A stretch of DNA of 63,864 nucleotides, filler included, from Octopus bimaculoides (Eukaryota), in assembly GCF_001194135.2 (NCBI RefSeq). It is 5 parts of 5 records of this genome, joined end to end, with 100 filler letters (N's around TTAATTAATTAA, not from the genome) between each part and the next. Parts side by side here need not be neighbours in the genome. Positions count along the whole stretch, not along the records: positions 1 to 28,354 come from NC_068984.1; positions 28,455 to 49,076 come from NW_026299319.1; 3 more parts are not named here. One strand, 5' to 3'. Within the stretch, counting starts at the first letter, position 1. Each line of letters begins with the position of its first letter. The notes beneath the pieces are model-generated. The model searched no databases, had not been told where the DNA came from, and saw only the letters and a program-made list of their open reading frames with translations. A program made the position numbers and the translations under genes. Positions 26,044-38,830 of the stretch are shown one piece after another.

Positions 26044-26538
26044 GTGTGTACCTGTGTGTGTTTGTGTGCGTGTGCGGACGTGTCTGTGCGTATGTGTGTG
26101 TATGTGTGTTGTTCAAAAGAACAAACATTTTCGATCGTTTTATATTTAACTTGGTATTTAAACTGGCCGTATCAGGCACAAGTATTCCACCTCATTTATA
26201 TTAAAATCAGCCAAATCTGGCCTCGCACATACAGTGTCATCCTAACTAACAGAAATCTCGAAGCTACGAGATATTGCATGATTAATTCAAAACAGTGTCA
26301 AAAAACAAGTATTACTTTTGACAGTGTCAAAAAAACAAGTATTACATTTGACAGAGTAATCTCAATCCTAAGGTGTTAACGTTGTGTTAATCATAAAATT
26401 AATAAAAAGTAATTACAGAGTGAAGATCTGTCGGTATTTTCTTTAAGACTTACACTATCTCTGTCTATCTCTCTCTATATAAATACACATATTTATCTAC
26501 ATGCACATACGTATATATGTATGCGTATATGTATGTAT

Positions 26539-26618
<80 letters not shown>

Positions 26619-27066
26619 NNNNNNNNNNNNNNNNNNNNNNNNNNNNNNNNNNNNNNNNNNNNNNNNNNNNNNNNNNNNNNNNNNNNNNNNNNNNNNNNNN
26701 NNNNNNNNNNNNNNNNNNNNNNNNNNNNNNNNNNNNNNNNNNNNNNNNNNNNNNNNNNNNNNNNNNNNNNNNNNNNNNNNNNNNNNNNNNNNNNNNNNNN
26801 NNNNNNNNNNNNNNNNNNNNNNNNNNNNNNNNNNNNNNNNNNNNNNNNNNNNNNNNNNNNNNNNNNNNNNNNNNNNNNNNNNNNNNNNNNNNNNNNNNNN
26901 NNNNNNNNNNNNNNNNNNNNNNNNNNNNNNNNNNNNNNNNNNNNNNNNNNNNNNNNNNNNNNNNNNNNNNNNNNNNNNNNNNNNNNNNNNNNNNNNNNNN
27001 NNNNNNNNNNNNNNNNNNNNNNNNNNNNNNNNNNNNNNNNNNNNNNNNNNNNNNNNNNNNNNNAGA

Positions 27067-27112
<46 letters not shown>

Positions 27113-27174
27113 AGTCATATTAAATCTCCGAGCGAGAGATAAGCAGTAACACTACGGAATCGTAGAATATATTT

Positions 27175-27532
27175 GCCAACTAAATGTGGCGGTCCTATAT
27201 AGGACGGTGTTACTGTTGTTTTTAGCCCCAGGAAGACATCTCCTTCAGCTGGCCAACGACAGACAGCGACAATGTATCGCTAGAAAAAGGCTATAGTATT
27301 TTGCGAGTGGAATGATTTCTTCATCACTAGCCAGTGGATTAACACACTGAAGACGGGTAACCCCCCAGAAACCCGGGTTTGTGTGTATCACATAAGGCTA
27401 GTGTTGAGAGAGATGACCTCCCTCACAAACAGTAATCGGACACAGACTTGTTGGCCAGCTGGAGGAGATGTCTTCTGGAGGCTAAAAACAACAGTAACAC
27501 CATCCTCTATAGGACCGCCACATTTAGTTGGC
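27175..27532. mobile_element. 358-bp element with 83-bp terminal inverted repeats enclosing a hammerhead ribozyme
   Basis: Arm 27175-27257 vs the reverse complement of 27450-27532 match at 77/83 positions ungapped; ATATAT lies on both flanks. Confidence 0.85.
27342..27384 (+). ncRNA. Type I hammerhead ribozyme motif
   Basis: ACACA-CTGAAGA-CGGG-TAACCC-CCCA-GAAA-C-CCGG-G-TT^TGTGT: complete core, 5-bp stem I, palindromic stem III (ACCCGGGT) and GUU triplet. Stem II is closed by a C-A mismatch. Distal stem CACTAGCC (27325-27332)/GGCTAGTG (27396-27403). Confidence 0.75.
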
Positions 27533-27566
27533 ATATATCTGTGTGTGTGTGTGTGTTTAGGTATCG

Positions 27567-27910
27567 AGGCGCAAAGGCTCAGTGGTTAGGGTAGCGAACT
27601 CGCAGTTGCGGTATCACGGTTTCGAGTGTTGTGAGTGTTTATTGACTGAAAACATCTAAAGCTTCATGAGGCTCCGGCAGGGGGTGGTGGAGAACCACAA
27701 CTTTCACTCTTTCTTCCTGTTTCTATTGTACCTGTATTTGCAAGGGCCAGCCTTGTCACACACTGTGTCACGCTGAATCTCCCCGAGAACTTCGTTAAGG
27801 ATACACGTGTCTGTGGAGGGCTCAGCCACTTACACGTTAATTTCACGAGGAGGCTGTTTCTTTGATCGGATCAACTGGAACCCTCGTCATCGTAACCGAC
27901 GGAGTACCAC
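27567..27910 (+). mobile_element. tRNA-derived SINE, family C
   Basis: A-box-like GGCTCAGTGGTTAGG, B-box-like GGTTTCGAGT and a GC-richer body ending CGTAACCGACGGAGT. Confidence 0.65.
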
Positions 27911-28039
27911 TATATGTAAATATATACTAGACTACTCATGACCCGTTGGGTCACTGATGAGAATTGAAGCTGATTTCAACATTGCATTGAAAATAAAGTT
28001 AATTTTATGAGGATTCAATTAATCACGGCCAAAACTGGC

Positions 28040-28350
28040 ATAACTACAGATGTGTACCTCCCGACTTTGTTGTCTCATAACCTCTAGAAAAATGGATTCT
28101 TTTTCACGAAATTTTCAACAAATACGTCTTAGATGCTGTGGATTCAGAGTATATAGTGATCTATGGGAAATAAGGCTTTTGAAGGAGTACAGAGAGGTGT
28201 TTCGGAAAATTACCACGATCCGAACTTTTTCCCTCCTAACTTTTAGGAAAATGGATAACTTTTAATGAAATTTTATGCAAATACCTTTCAAACGGCATAG
28301 ATTACAATTATAAAGAAATTTGTGGGAAATTGCTTTCCAAGGGGGTGGGG
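28040..28350. mobile_element. Probable non-autonomous repeat (Helitron/HINE-like core)
   Basis: Internal direct repeat TAAC(CTC/TTT)TAG(A/G)AAAATGGAT...GAAATTTT at ~28078 and ~28237; the family assignment is inference. Confidence 0.35.
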
Positions 28351-28398
28351 GTGGNNNNNNNNNNNNNNNNNNNNNNNNNNNNNNNNNNNNNNNNNNNN

Positions 28399-28410
28399 TT
28401 AATTAATTAA
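28399..28410. other. Artificial assembly spacer TTAATTAATTAA within N-runs (also 49121-49132, 57889-57900, 61908-61919)
   Basis: Identical six-frame stop 12-mer embedded between N-runs of about 44 bp at four places. Confidence 0.95.
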
Positions 28411-28598
28411 NNNNNNNNNNNNNNNNNNNNNNNNNNNNNNNNNNNNNNNNNNNNTATATATATATATATATACACGCACACACACACAGAGTGTGTGAGA
28501 GAGAGAAACAAAGACAGACAGACAGATAGATAGATAGACTGATAGATAGATAGACTGATAGATAGACAGACATATATTACATATATGTATATGTGCGT

Positions 28599-28644
<46 letters not shown>

Positions 28645-28747
28645 ATGTATTTATACACGCAAATATGCATGTATACATATATATACTTATATATATATAC
28701 ATACATTTATGTATGTGTGTGTGTGTGTGTTTAAGTACGTGCACATG

Positions 28748-28791
<44 letters not shown>

Positions 28792-29016
28792 AACACATTT
28801 ATATATTCTTTTATGTATATGTGTGTGTCTGCATACATGTAAGTATAAAGTGTGTGTGTGTGGCTTCATTAAAATTTACTGGAACCTTTTGTTTTATAGT
28901 GATTCGTTTCGTTGTTTTCTTTTGTATATTTATTTATTGTTAATTTCCTTCTTATCGATGACGATGATGATGTCTTAATTAATGCGTTTCATACCGGTGC
29001 TTAAATACTTTTGTGG

Positions 29017-29047
<31 letters not shown>

Positions 29048-29363
29048 CGGTGCTATTAGTGCAGGGGCGTGTGTATATATATGTCTGTGTGTGTGTGTGT
29101 GTGTGTGTCGTTGTTGTTGTACAAGTTAATGTTGTTGTTGTCATTGCTGCTGTTGTTCCTGTTAATGTTGTTATATACATTTAGCTATCTACTTAATTGA
29201 ATAAAAGGCTTTGTAAAAATCAGTGGAACGTTCAAGTGTGTAGCCAGAGGCGACGACAAACTTATCTGACCATACTACATAGGTTTTTAGTTGGATCATT
29301 TAGCAGTCGTTACCACCTCTCCCTCTTTCCCTCTCTCCCTCTCCCCAGTTTCTCTATCACTCC

Positions 29364-29411
<48 letters not shown>

Positions 29412-30105
29412 NNNNNNNNNNNNNNNNNNNNNNNNNNNNNNNNNNNNNNNNNNNNNNNNNNNNNNNNNNNNNNNNNNNNNNNNNNNNNNNNNNNNNNNNN
29501 NNNNNNNNNNNNNNNNNNNNNNNNNNNNNNNNNNNNNNNNNNNNNNNNNNNNNNNNNNNNNNNNNNNNNNNNNNNNNNNNNNNNNNNNNNNNNNNNNNNN
29601 NNNNNNNNNNNNNNNNNNNNNNNNNNNNNNNNNNNNNNNNNNNNNNNNNNNNNNNNNNNNNNNNNNNNNNNNNNNNNNNNNNNNNNNNNNNNNNNNNNNN
29701 NNNNNNNNNNNNNNNNNNNNNNNNNNNNNNNNNNNNNNNNNNNNNNNNNNNNNNNNNNNNNNNNNNNNNNNNNNNNNNNNNNNNNNNNNNNNNNNNNNNN
29801 NNNNNNNNNNNNNNNNNNNNNNNNNNNNNNNNNNNNNNNNNNNNNNNNNNNNNNNNNNNNNNNNNNNNNNNNNNNNNNNNNNNNNNNNNNNNNNNNNNNN
29901 NNNNNNNNNNNNNNNNNNNNNNNNNNNNNAAAATCTCGTTCCTGGAATTTACGTTGTCGTTGGAGACTCTTAAGTTCTTTAAGGGATATAGTTTTCAAGA
30001 GAATATATTGAATATCTTTTGGACCCGTTAATATAGTGTCTGGTTTGTGAAAGGATTTTCAATATGGTGTTGTAGTAAGTCCCTTCATCTTTAAGTTCCT
30101 AAATA

Positions 30106-30360
30106 TCTATAATAATAAACGCAAAATTCTGTCCGTCCGTCCGAGACCCCTGTACCGCATTTGCTCTACATAGACATATTATACCTTTTTGGAATCAGGA
30201 TGACCCCAGGATTGAAAACCTGTCCTTCATTTGGTTCTTGAACATCCAGCATCGGGATCAGGTCTGGATGAGGATTTGTTGTATGCTAACAGATGAAAAT
30301 TCAAATTTTAAAAGACCTCAAAAAATGTGTAAACTATTTTCATTGAAACGGAATTTAAAG
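30106..30360 (+). mobile_element. Probable Helitron 5' end
   Basis: A|TCTATAATAATAAACG followed by a (TCCG/TGTC)-type tract, a typical non-autonomous Helitron start; no 3' CTAG hairpin was found. Confidence 0.5.
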
Positions 30361-30644
30361 TAATTCCATATTGGTAGAGTATCAATAAATGCTTTATTAT
30401 TGTTGGTTTCTTTAGCTTTGGGTTACAGGCCCAATTAGCCCTCCACAGGAGCTAGCTTAAAAGTCTGCACAGAATGCGGCTTTTAAGCTAGTATTGGATA
30501 TAAACGCACATATCTGTTCTTTAGTTGACAACAGAAACGTGCCTGGTTTTGAGGGCCACCTCACCGTCTGTCTGCCTTTCTGTCCGATTGTGAACTTGTT
30601 TAAGTGCCTCCAACGAGTGACTGTGTCCGAGAAGGTGAAAATAA

Positions 30645-30908
30645 AATCATCATCGTCATCATCAACGTCATCATCATCATCATCATCATCATCATTGTGG
30701 TCATCGCCATCGTCGTCGTCATCATCATCATCATTATCATCTCTATGATAACCACCCTGTTACAATCATTACCATCCATATTACCTCCGCCACCACCATC
30801 ATCATCATCATCATCATCAGAAATAGCACAACCTTCACCGTGACTATTACCACCGCCACCGCCACCATGACAAGCATCGTCACCACCACCACCATCGTCA
30901 TCGTCGTT

Positions 30909-30940
<32 letters not shown>

Positions 30941-31007
30941 TACCACCATCACTACCACCGCCACCACCGCTGCTACCATCATTACTGCCACTATTATCAT
31001 CACCACC

Positions 31008-31039
<32 letters not shown>

Positions 31040-31090
31040 CACCACAGCTACTACTACTACTGCAACTATCATTACCATCGTTACTATAGC
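30645..31090. repeat. Compound trinucleotide microsatellite (CAT/CAC/TAC)n
   Basis: Directly visible; source of the poly-S/T/I/M/D/G pseudo-ORFs. Confidence 0.95.
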
Positions 31091-33309
31091 CATGAATAAT
31101 TGAAACTATAATTAACCACAAGACGCACAGACAGACAGACACGTAACAAGAAATTCTTCGTCAACACCCAGGAATCGGCTGCCAAGGAACCGAAATTTGG
31201 TTTTGTCCATGAATATTTTATGGAATCTCAAGTCAGTCGTTACGACACACGTTTTGAAGTAATACCCCCGAGTCGGGAGTGAGAGAAGGGGGTGGGAGGT
31301 GGGGAGAGAGAGGGGGAAACGAGAGAGAGAGACGGTGAGAAAGAGAAGAGGAAGGAGAGAGTGAGTAAGAGAGAATAAGAGAGAGGGAGATAAAGAGAGG
31401 AAGAAAAGGAGATAGAGGCGGAGAAAGACAGACAGACAGACAGACAAAGAGAGAGTGGGGGAGAGAGAAGGAGAAAGAGGAAAGGGGGAGAGAGCGAGAA
31501 ATAAGGAAGAGAAAGAGAGAGCAGGGTGAGAGAATAAGAGAGAGAGAAACAGAGACAAAGAGAAAATGAGAGAGCGGGAGAAAGATAGAGAGTAAGCAAG
31601 AGAGAGAGAGAGAGAGAAATAGAGAAAGAAAGATGGAGATAGAGAGAGATTAAGAGAAAGAGAAATAGACAAAGAGAGAGGGATGAGAAAGAAAGACAGA
31701 GAGATAGAGAGACAAAGAGAGAAGGAGAGAGTGAGAGAGAGTGTGTGTGTGTGAGAGAAAGAGAGAAAGAAATGGAGAGAGAGAGTGAGTGGGGATCGAA
31801 AGAGCCAATGTACCCGGCTGATGAAAAGGTGTGAACAGATAGTTGAAACCCATGGGTGGAACATGTACCTGCGGTTATATTCTCATATTTAATTGAATTT
31901 ATTAAAGAAAATTTTCAATTTTCTTTTCATGAAATTCTTTTCTTTAATTTTCTTTTCATAACAAAAAAAAAAGAAAAACAATTTGACACCTTTTTTTTTT
32001 TTTTTTTTTTTTTTTTTTCCTTTTGTTGGTTGTCTTTTTGTTTTCTTGTTTGTTTATTGGTTTTCGTATTGGATTAAGGAAAGGCTTGGCCACGATGTTA
32101 TTTCACTGGAGGTTGGGGTTGTAGGTGTTGATGGGGATGGGGGAGTAGTGGTGGAGGTGGTGGTGGTGGTGAAGGTGGTGCAAATAGCAATAGTAGTTCT
32201 GGTGGTGGTAGTGGTAGTGGTGATGATGATGCTGATGCTGTTGGTTGCGTTTATTTTGAAATTGATGCAGGTTCTATGACGTTTCTAGCCTAATTTGCAT
32301 ACTCTACAGCCATCCATACATACATACGTATATATATTCATATATATATTCATATATATATATATATATATACATGTGTATGTGTGTGTGTGTGTACATA
32401 CATATATATATATAATCTGCAAGAGAAAAACATTCCGAACGAAACTGGACAGACCATCGTCACAGCATGATCGGAGACTCTAATTGATATAACTATTCAA
32501 AATAATATTTCCCCTCGTTATTAATAACATAATCCCAAGTAGAGGGAAAATTGTTGATCCTTCAGGCGTAAAAATTCTCCAGGTTACCAACACAATTAAT
32601 AAACTGGTTTCTCTCTCTAAATAATGTAGCAAAAGATCTGAAAAGATCAGAGTCAGATTGAGCAAGACCAGAATAGAAAAGAAAATGAGGTAAAACTTGA
32701 TCATCTCTGGTTTTCAGAAACTCGTCGGTCGTTCCGCATCAAAGGAATTCTACAGACCATCGTCAGCATGACCGCCGAAGACTTTAAGTTTCGTTTCCAC
32801 AGACAGAACGAATGTCTCTGTCCGTTTCCATGGCTGAAGAACCTCTTTTGTATTGATACAGCATGCAGTGTTTGATGTGGGGTTGATCTGATCTAAATTC
32901 ATTTTAAAAGCGTAGAATCAAAAGGAATTTGAACATTATGGTTTAAAGTAATCTGCAAAGAAATGAAGGATAACGATGTAAGGAATTAAGGCGTAATTTA
33001 CCAAAAGTATTGAAAGATACTCCCAAAGTGATTGCGTCAAAATGCGGCAAGACATTTCGCAACCACTGTATACATACGACCACTGTATACATGCAACCAC
33101 TGTATACACACTCTGTATGTGTGAGTGTGGGGGAGTGCATGCCCGCGTGTGTATATGCGTTTGTCTCTGTGTGTGCGTGTGCGCATACGTTCATCCGTGT
33201 GTGCGTGTGCGCATACGTTCATCCGTGTGTGTGTGCGTGTGCGTGCGTTCGTCCGCGTGTATGTGTGTGTAACTAATCTACACATCCTCTGATAACTCAT
33301 TGATGGTGA

Positions 33310-33718
33310 CTTAATTTCCCCTCACAGCTGTCCACACATCTGCAATGTTTTTCTCAGTTCTGCTGGTTGCGGGTCTCCCAGAGCGTTCGTCAATATCGAC
33401 ATTTTTTCGGCCATCTTGGAAACGTCTGAACCACTCGTACACTTGTGTGCAGCTCAAACACTCCTCTTCATACACTTTCTGCAACTTTGCGCAGGCCTCT
33501 GAGCAGGTATCGTTATGACAACTTTCTCTGTCATGGTCAATGCGACGAGCACACGCTACACCCGTTCCTTCCAAGCACTGCTATAAACAGCGGAAGTGAG
33601 CTAGAACGTTAAAACTTAGTGCACATGCACAGCAGAGTTTAAGGTCAAGTGGCTTGACTCTGCCTGCTTTAGCTTCGTTACTATGGCAGCAGTTCGGATA
33701 CTTATTGACTAGGTCTCG
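33310..33718 (-). mobile_element. Mariner transposon 5' portion (TIR plus HTH region)
   Basis: TA|CGAGACCTAGTCAATAAGTATCCG at 33718; translation DTCSEACAKLQKVYEEECLSCTQVYEWFRRFQDGRKNVDIDERSGRP. Confidence 0.85.
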
Positions 33719-34435
33719 TATGTACCTTGTTTTGAATGATTTGCTATAACTTTGTCAATTGGTATTGTCGACATTACTGAGTTAGCAGAATCTTTGTTAT
33801 CTAAGTTGGGCGGTAGGAGTAACACCTTTTTCATTTTCCCTAAAGATAGATTTAATGATATAAATAAGAAATTTGCTTTCGGAAAAAATAATTCTGATGG
33901 TTTGTTCATGATTTAACTCTCAGAACATTTACTAAGTTTCTTTAAATTTATGCCTTTATATGATTTGGAAGATCTCTCGGTCATTTCGACAAATAAGTCA
34001 ATTCAAACTTAGTTCCATGTGTTACAATCTTATCTACAAAATAGTGTACTACTAGCGCGCAAATCGCTACGCCATCATAACCTCCCATGTTCAATTCGAA
34101 AAGCTATTTGCTGGAGTTATCAAATCAAAAAAGATTTCTCGAATGCATTACTGTACGCATCTGGCAGTAAATGATGGTGATGAAGCATTCTTCAAAGAAT
34201 AAAGCATTTATTAGAAGGTTCTTTTTCTTGTGATCCAGTAGGAATCTAAATTGTCAGATTGTGTAAATTAAAATGTCTGCGTATGTTTTTTTTTTTTTAG
34301 GCCAATGAAAATCTATCAGCCCATTGGCTCCGTTTCCGTAATCCAATTTTGGAGTCACCATGTAGATATGTACATACAACATACACACACACACTCACAT
34401 ATATAAGCATATATATATATTTACACAGATAAACA

Positions 34436-34478
<43 letters not shown>

Positions 34479-34596
34479 CCAGATACACACATACACATAT
34501 ATCTATCGATATGTATGTGTGTGTGTGTCTGTGTGTAGTTACATACATGCATGGACAAATAAATGCATAAACAGATTCTTAGAAACATACGCAGAC

Positions 34597-34631
<35 letters not shown>

Positions 34632-34855
34632 CAGGTACTATAAAATGGGGGAAGGAGGTACATGATCTCAAGTACATAGCTGTTACACACAGAGAGTACA
34701 TAGGTGGCTGTATTCGTTCATTTGTTATACATGTGAGTATATAAATTAAAGTGTAGGCAACCATGATGTATACATACATACACACACACACATATATATA
34801 TTTATTTATTTATATATATATATATACATACATATACATATATATATACATACGA

Positions 34856-34943
<88 letters not shown>

Positions 34944-35712
34944 NNNNNNNNNNNNNNNNNNNNNNNNNNNNNNNNNNNNNNNNNNNNNNNNNNNNNNNNN
35001 NNNNNNNNNNNNNNNNNNNNNNNNNNNNNNNNNNNNNNNNNNNNNNNNNNNNNNNNNNNNNNNNNNNNNNNNNNNNNNNNNNNNNNNNNNNNNNNNNNNN
35101 NNNNNNNNNNNNNNNNNNNNNNNNNNNNNNNNNNNNNNNNNNNNNNNNNNNNNNNNNNNNNNNNNNNNNNNNNNNNNNNNNNNNNNNNNNNNNNNNNNNN
35201 NNNNNNNNNNNNNNNNNNNNNNNNNNNNNNNNNNNNNNNNNNNNNNNNNNNNNNNNNNNNNNNNNNNNNNNNNNNNNNNNNNNNNNNNNNNNNNNNNNNN
35301 NNNNNNNNNNNNNNNNNNNNNNNNNNNNNNNNNNNNNNNNNNNNNNNNNNNNNNNNNNNNNNNNNNNNNNNNNNNNNNNNNNNNNNNNNNNNNNNNNNNN
35401 NNNNNNNNNNNNNNNNNNNNNNNNNNNNNNNNNNNNNNNNNNNNNNNNNNNNNNNNNNNNNNNNNNNNNNNNNNNNNNNNNNNNNNNNNNNNNNNNNNNN
35501 NNNNNNNNNNNNNNNNNNNNNNNNNNNNNNNNNNNNNNNNNNNNNNNNNNNNNNNNNNNNNNNNNNNNNNNNNNNNNNNNNNNNNNNNNNNNNNNNNNNN
35601 NNNNNNNNNNNNNNNNNNNNNNNNNNNNNNNNNNNNNNNNNNNNNNNNNNNNNNNNNNNNNNNNNNNNNNNNNNNNNNNNNNNNNNNNNNNNNNNNNNNN
35701 NNNNNNNNNNNN

Positions 35713-35776
<64 letters not shown>

Positions 35777-36324
35777 GGTAGATAGACAGATAGATAGATA
35801 GACACCATTATGCGTATATTATCTATTCATCTTTTTCTATCTCGCTGCCTATTTATCTATTTCTCTCCATCACTATCATTTTATGTATATACGCGTGTGT
35901 GCGTTTGTGTATGTATGTATATAAAATATCTACAAATTTATTTATTCATCATCTCTCTTTCTCTAATCTGTCTACCTATCCATCCGTCCATCCATCCGTC
36001 TGTCTGTCTGTCTATCTATTTATCTTTCTATCTATCCATTTATCTATACATCCATTTGTCTCTATATCTTTCTATGAGTTTTTCTGTCTATCTATCTACC
36101 TATTTATCTAGCTATCCATATATCTATCTATCTATATATATATATATATATCTTTCTGTCTGTCTGTCTGTTTGTCTGTATGTGCCACTGTTTTTTGCCT
36201 GTCTCTCTACCTCACTCTGTAAACGTATGCGTGCGTGTTGTTATTGATATAGGTATATAGATAAGATAGATAGATAAATAAGATTGATAGACAAATTGAT
36301 AGACAGACATACATACATACAGAC

Positions 36325-36377
<53 letters not shown>

Positions 36378-36971
36378 TCTGAGTATGTTAGCGTTTCGTT
36401 ATCTCTTGCGTTCTATATATTTCTCATTCTTCTAATAATCTCTCTCTCTCTCTAACACACACACCCATACACACACACACACACATTGTTCTATGTATAC
36501 CTATATTATCTACTCTGTCTTTTTCTCCCTATTTCTGTCCAAAGTTCGCACACACAGACACACAGACTGACATGGTCTACGAACAATCCAGCTGTCATCG
36601 TTGCTGCATACATTAACCGTATAATTCATGCGTGTGTATGCATGTCTACACCCCGCTCGCTCGCGAGCGCACAAAACACACAGACACACACAAATACATA
36701 TATAGACACACACATAGATAGCTAGATAGATAGATAGAAATAGATAGATAGGCAGACAGACAGATATATACAGGAAGGTGGATAGATAGATATTCATATA
36801 TATGTATATCCATATTTATGTGTGTGTTTATATATATATGTATGCGTGTGTTTGTGCGTGTGTGTGTTTGTGTATTGAATATGTTTATGAACAGAGAGAG
36901 AGAGAAGGAGAGGAACATATGCTCAAACGACACATTTTAATATGCATGAATGATGTGTACATATATGATGC

Positions 36972-37014
<43 letters not shown>

Positions 37015-38040
37015 TTAATTGAGTTTTAGATAGATAGATAGATAGATAAAGATAGATTTGCGTTGTACAAACAATATATTTATTAGTGTGAAACTTCTCG
37101 ATTTGGTATTTCTAAGGGCGATTCTCGCCGTCGTTTCTTGCTATATTCTTCGTCAGGACCGTGAAACTATTTTCTACGCTTTTAATTCATAATAGTGCGG
37201 AAATGAGTGTGTTCACGTGCGTGCGTGCGTGCGTGTGTGTATATAGATGCTTTCTTCTTCGTTTCTTTGCATGAGTGTAGATCTGTATATTTCTGTGGTG
37301 GTGAGAGGGAGCGGGCTGGCATTCGAATGTTTGTCTTCGTTGGTCACGTGGCCGCTGTTACTACGTGCTGTGTTTCCCAAGTGCTTTTTTCCAACGGTAT
37401 CGTGTTGACCTGAGTTCAATAAATGAAAATGGATTATAACGGAGACTGTATTGAAGCCATCGAATGGATTTACTTTTTGCCTTTTACTTATCAGTTTCCG
37501 TTTACCAAATATATTCATAAGGCATTAGTCGCCTCTTGCCCAAGGTACCACGCAGTGGGATTGAACCCTAAGCGACACCGGTATCAAATCAAGCTTCTTA
37601 ACCATGCACTCTCTCTACTCAGTCTGTCACTGATCCTATCCCGTCGTGGTCCTGCATCGTCGGCTTTTTGCAGTGAGGTGATGACACTACACCGAATGTC
37701 TTCCGCTTTAAGCGCAAATTCTCCCGGCGGATACGGCTATGGTGTCACTTTGTTCTGACTTTCTTGAGAGAAATATTAAGGGTAGTTTTCCATTGCCTCG
37801 CCGTTGGCCCACGGGGGGGGGGGCTCATCTGTCTTTCAGCAGATCTTATTTTCAGTCCTGCTGGGTATCCAGACACCCGCCTCACAAGAAGTTACAAGTT
37901 ACTTAAGTCTCTGCCCACCTGACCATGAAACAGATAGTACTCGTTTCCATCCTACCGGTAGTAGGTCTCATCAGCCAGTAATGAGACCCCTCACCTGACT
38001 AGTGATTCTATCTAGCAATATCTTTAAGGGTACGATGTGT

Positions 38041-38277
38041 CTGTGGCACAATCTGGCATACTCTAGCACATTATGGCTCATTCTAGCACATTTTGGTATA
38101 TTCTGGCACATTCTGACATATTCTGGCGCACTCTAGCACATTCATGAACATTCTAGCACACTATGGCACACTCTGGCGCACTCTAGCACACTCTGGCACA
38201 TTCTGGCATATTCTGGCATATTCTGGCACACTCTAGCATAATCTGGCACTTTCTGGTACACTCTGGTACATTCTGCC
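38041..38277. repeat. 10-bp minisatellite (YTCTRGCAYA), about 24 degenerate units
   Basis: In-register units such as ctctagcaca, ttctggcaca and ttctggcata. Confidence 0.9.
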
Positions 38278-38384
38278 GTGTACCTACTTATTCGATTGTT
38301 TTATATCAATGGCGAGGCGACAAGCCCCAAGCAGCGTTTGAGAGCTGAAAAATAAGGGTGGGGCGTTCAAATTGCGATTTCTGT

Positions 38385-38587
38385 GTCTGCTTGTCGTCCT
38401 ATCACCACTTGACAACCGACGCTGGTGTGTTTACGTCCCCGTAACTTAGCGGTTTGGCAAAAGAGACTGATAGAATAAGTACTAGGCTTCCAAAGAATAA
38501 GTCCTGGGGTCGATTTGCTCGACTAAAGGCGGTGTTCCAACATGGCTACAGTCAAAAAGACTGAAACAAGTAAAATAGTAAAGAGTA

Positions 38588-38631
<44 letters not shown>

Positions 38632-38830
38632 GTATATATATGTGTGTGTGTGTGTTTGTCCCTCCAACATCGCTTGACAACCGATATTGGTGTGTTTATG
38701 TCCCCATAACTTAGCGGTTCGGCAAAAGAGACTGATAGAATAAGGACTAGGCTTACAAAAAATAAGCCCTGGAGTCGATTTGTTCGACTAAAGGCGGTGC
38801 TCCAGCATGGCCGCAGTCAAATGACGGAGA
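38385..38830 (+). mobile_element. Two tandem SINE family A 3' bodies separated by a microsatellite
   Basis: cttgacaaccga..ggtgtgttta(c/t)gtcccc(g/a)taacttagcggt...gactaaaggcggtg occurs at ~38409 and ~38674. Confidence 0.85.

Noticed and set aside
26292-26354. 30-bp tandem duplication with internal TGTCAAAA/TTTTGACA palindrome
   Set aside because: Only two units; most simply a local slippage duplication.
31818-31858. Hammerhead-like CTGATGA...GAAA-CCCATGGG-T
   Set aside because: Position 17 is G (not cleavable), and there is no stem I or stem II pairing.
37126-37160. Minus-strand CTGACGA...GAAAC hammerhead-like core
   Set aside because: No stem II and no U16.1 partner.
38041-38277. Regular repeat array as CRISPR or a coding repeat
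   Set aside because: Head-to-tail 10-bp units with no spacers, in a eukaryotic context: an ordinary minisatellite.
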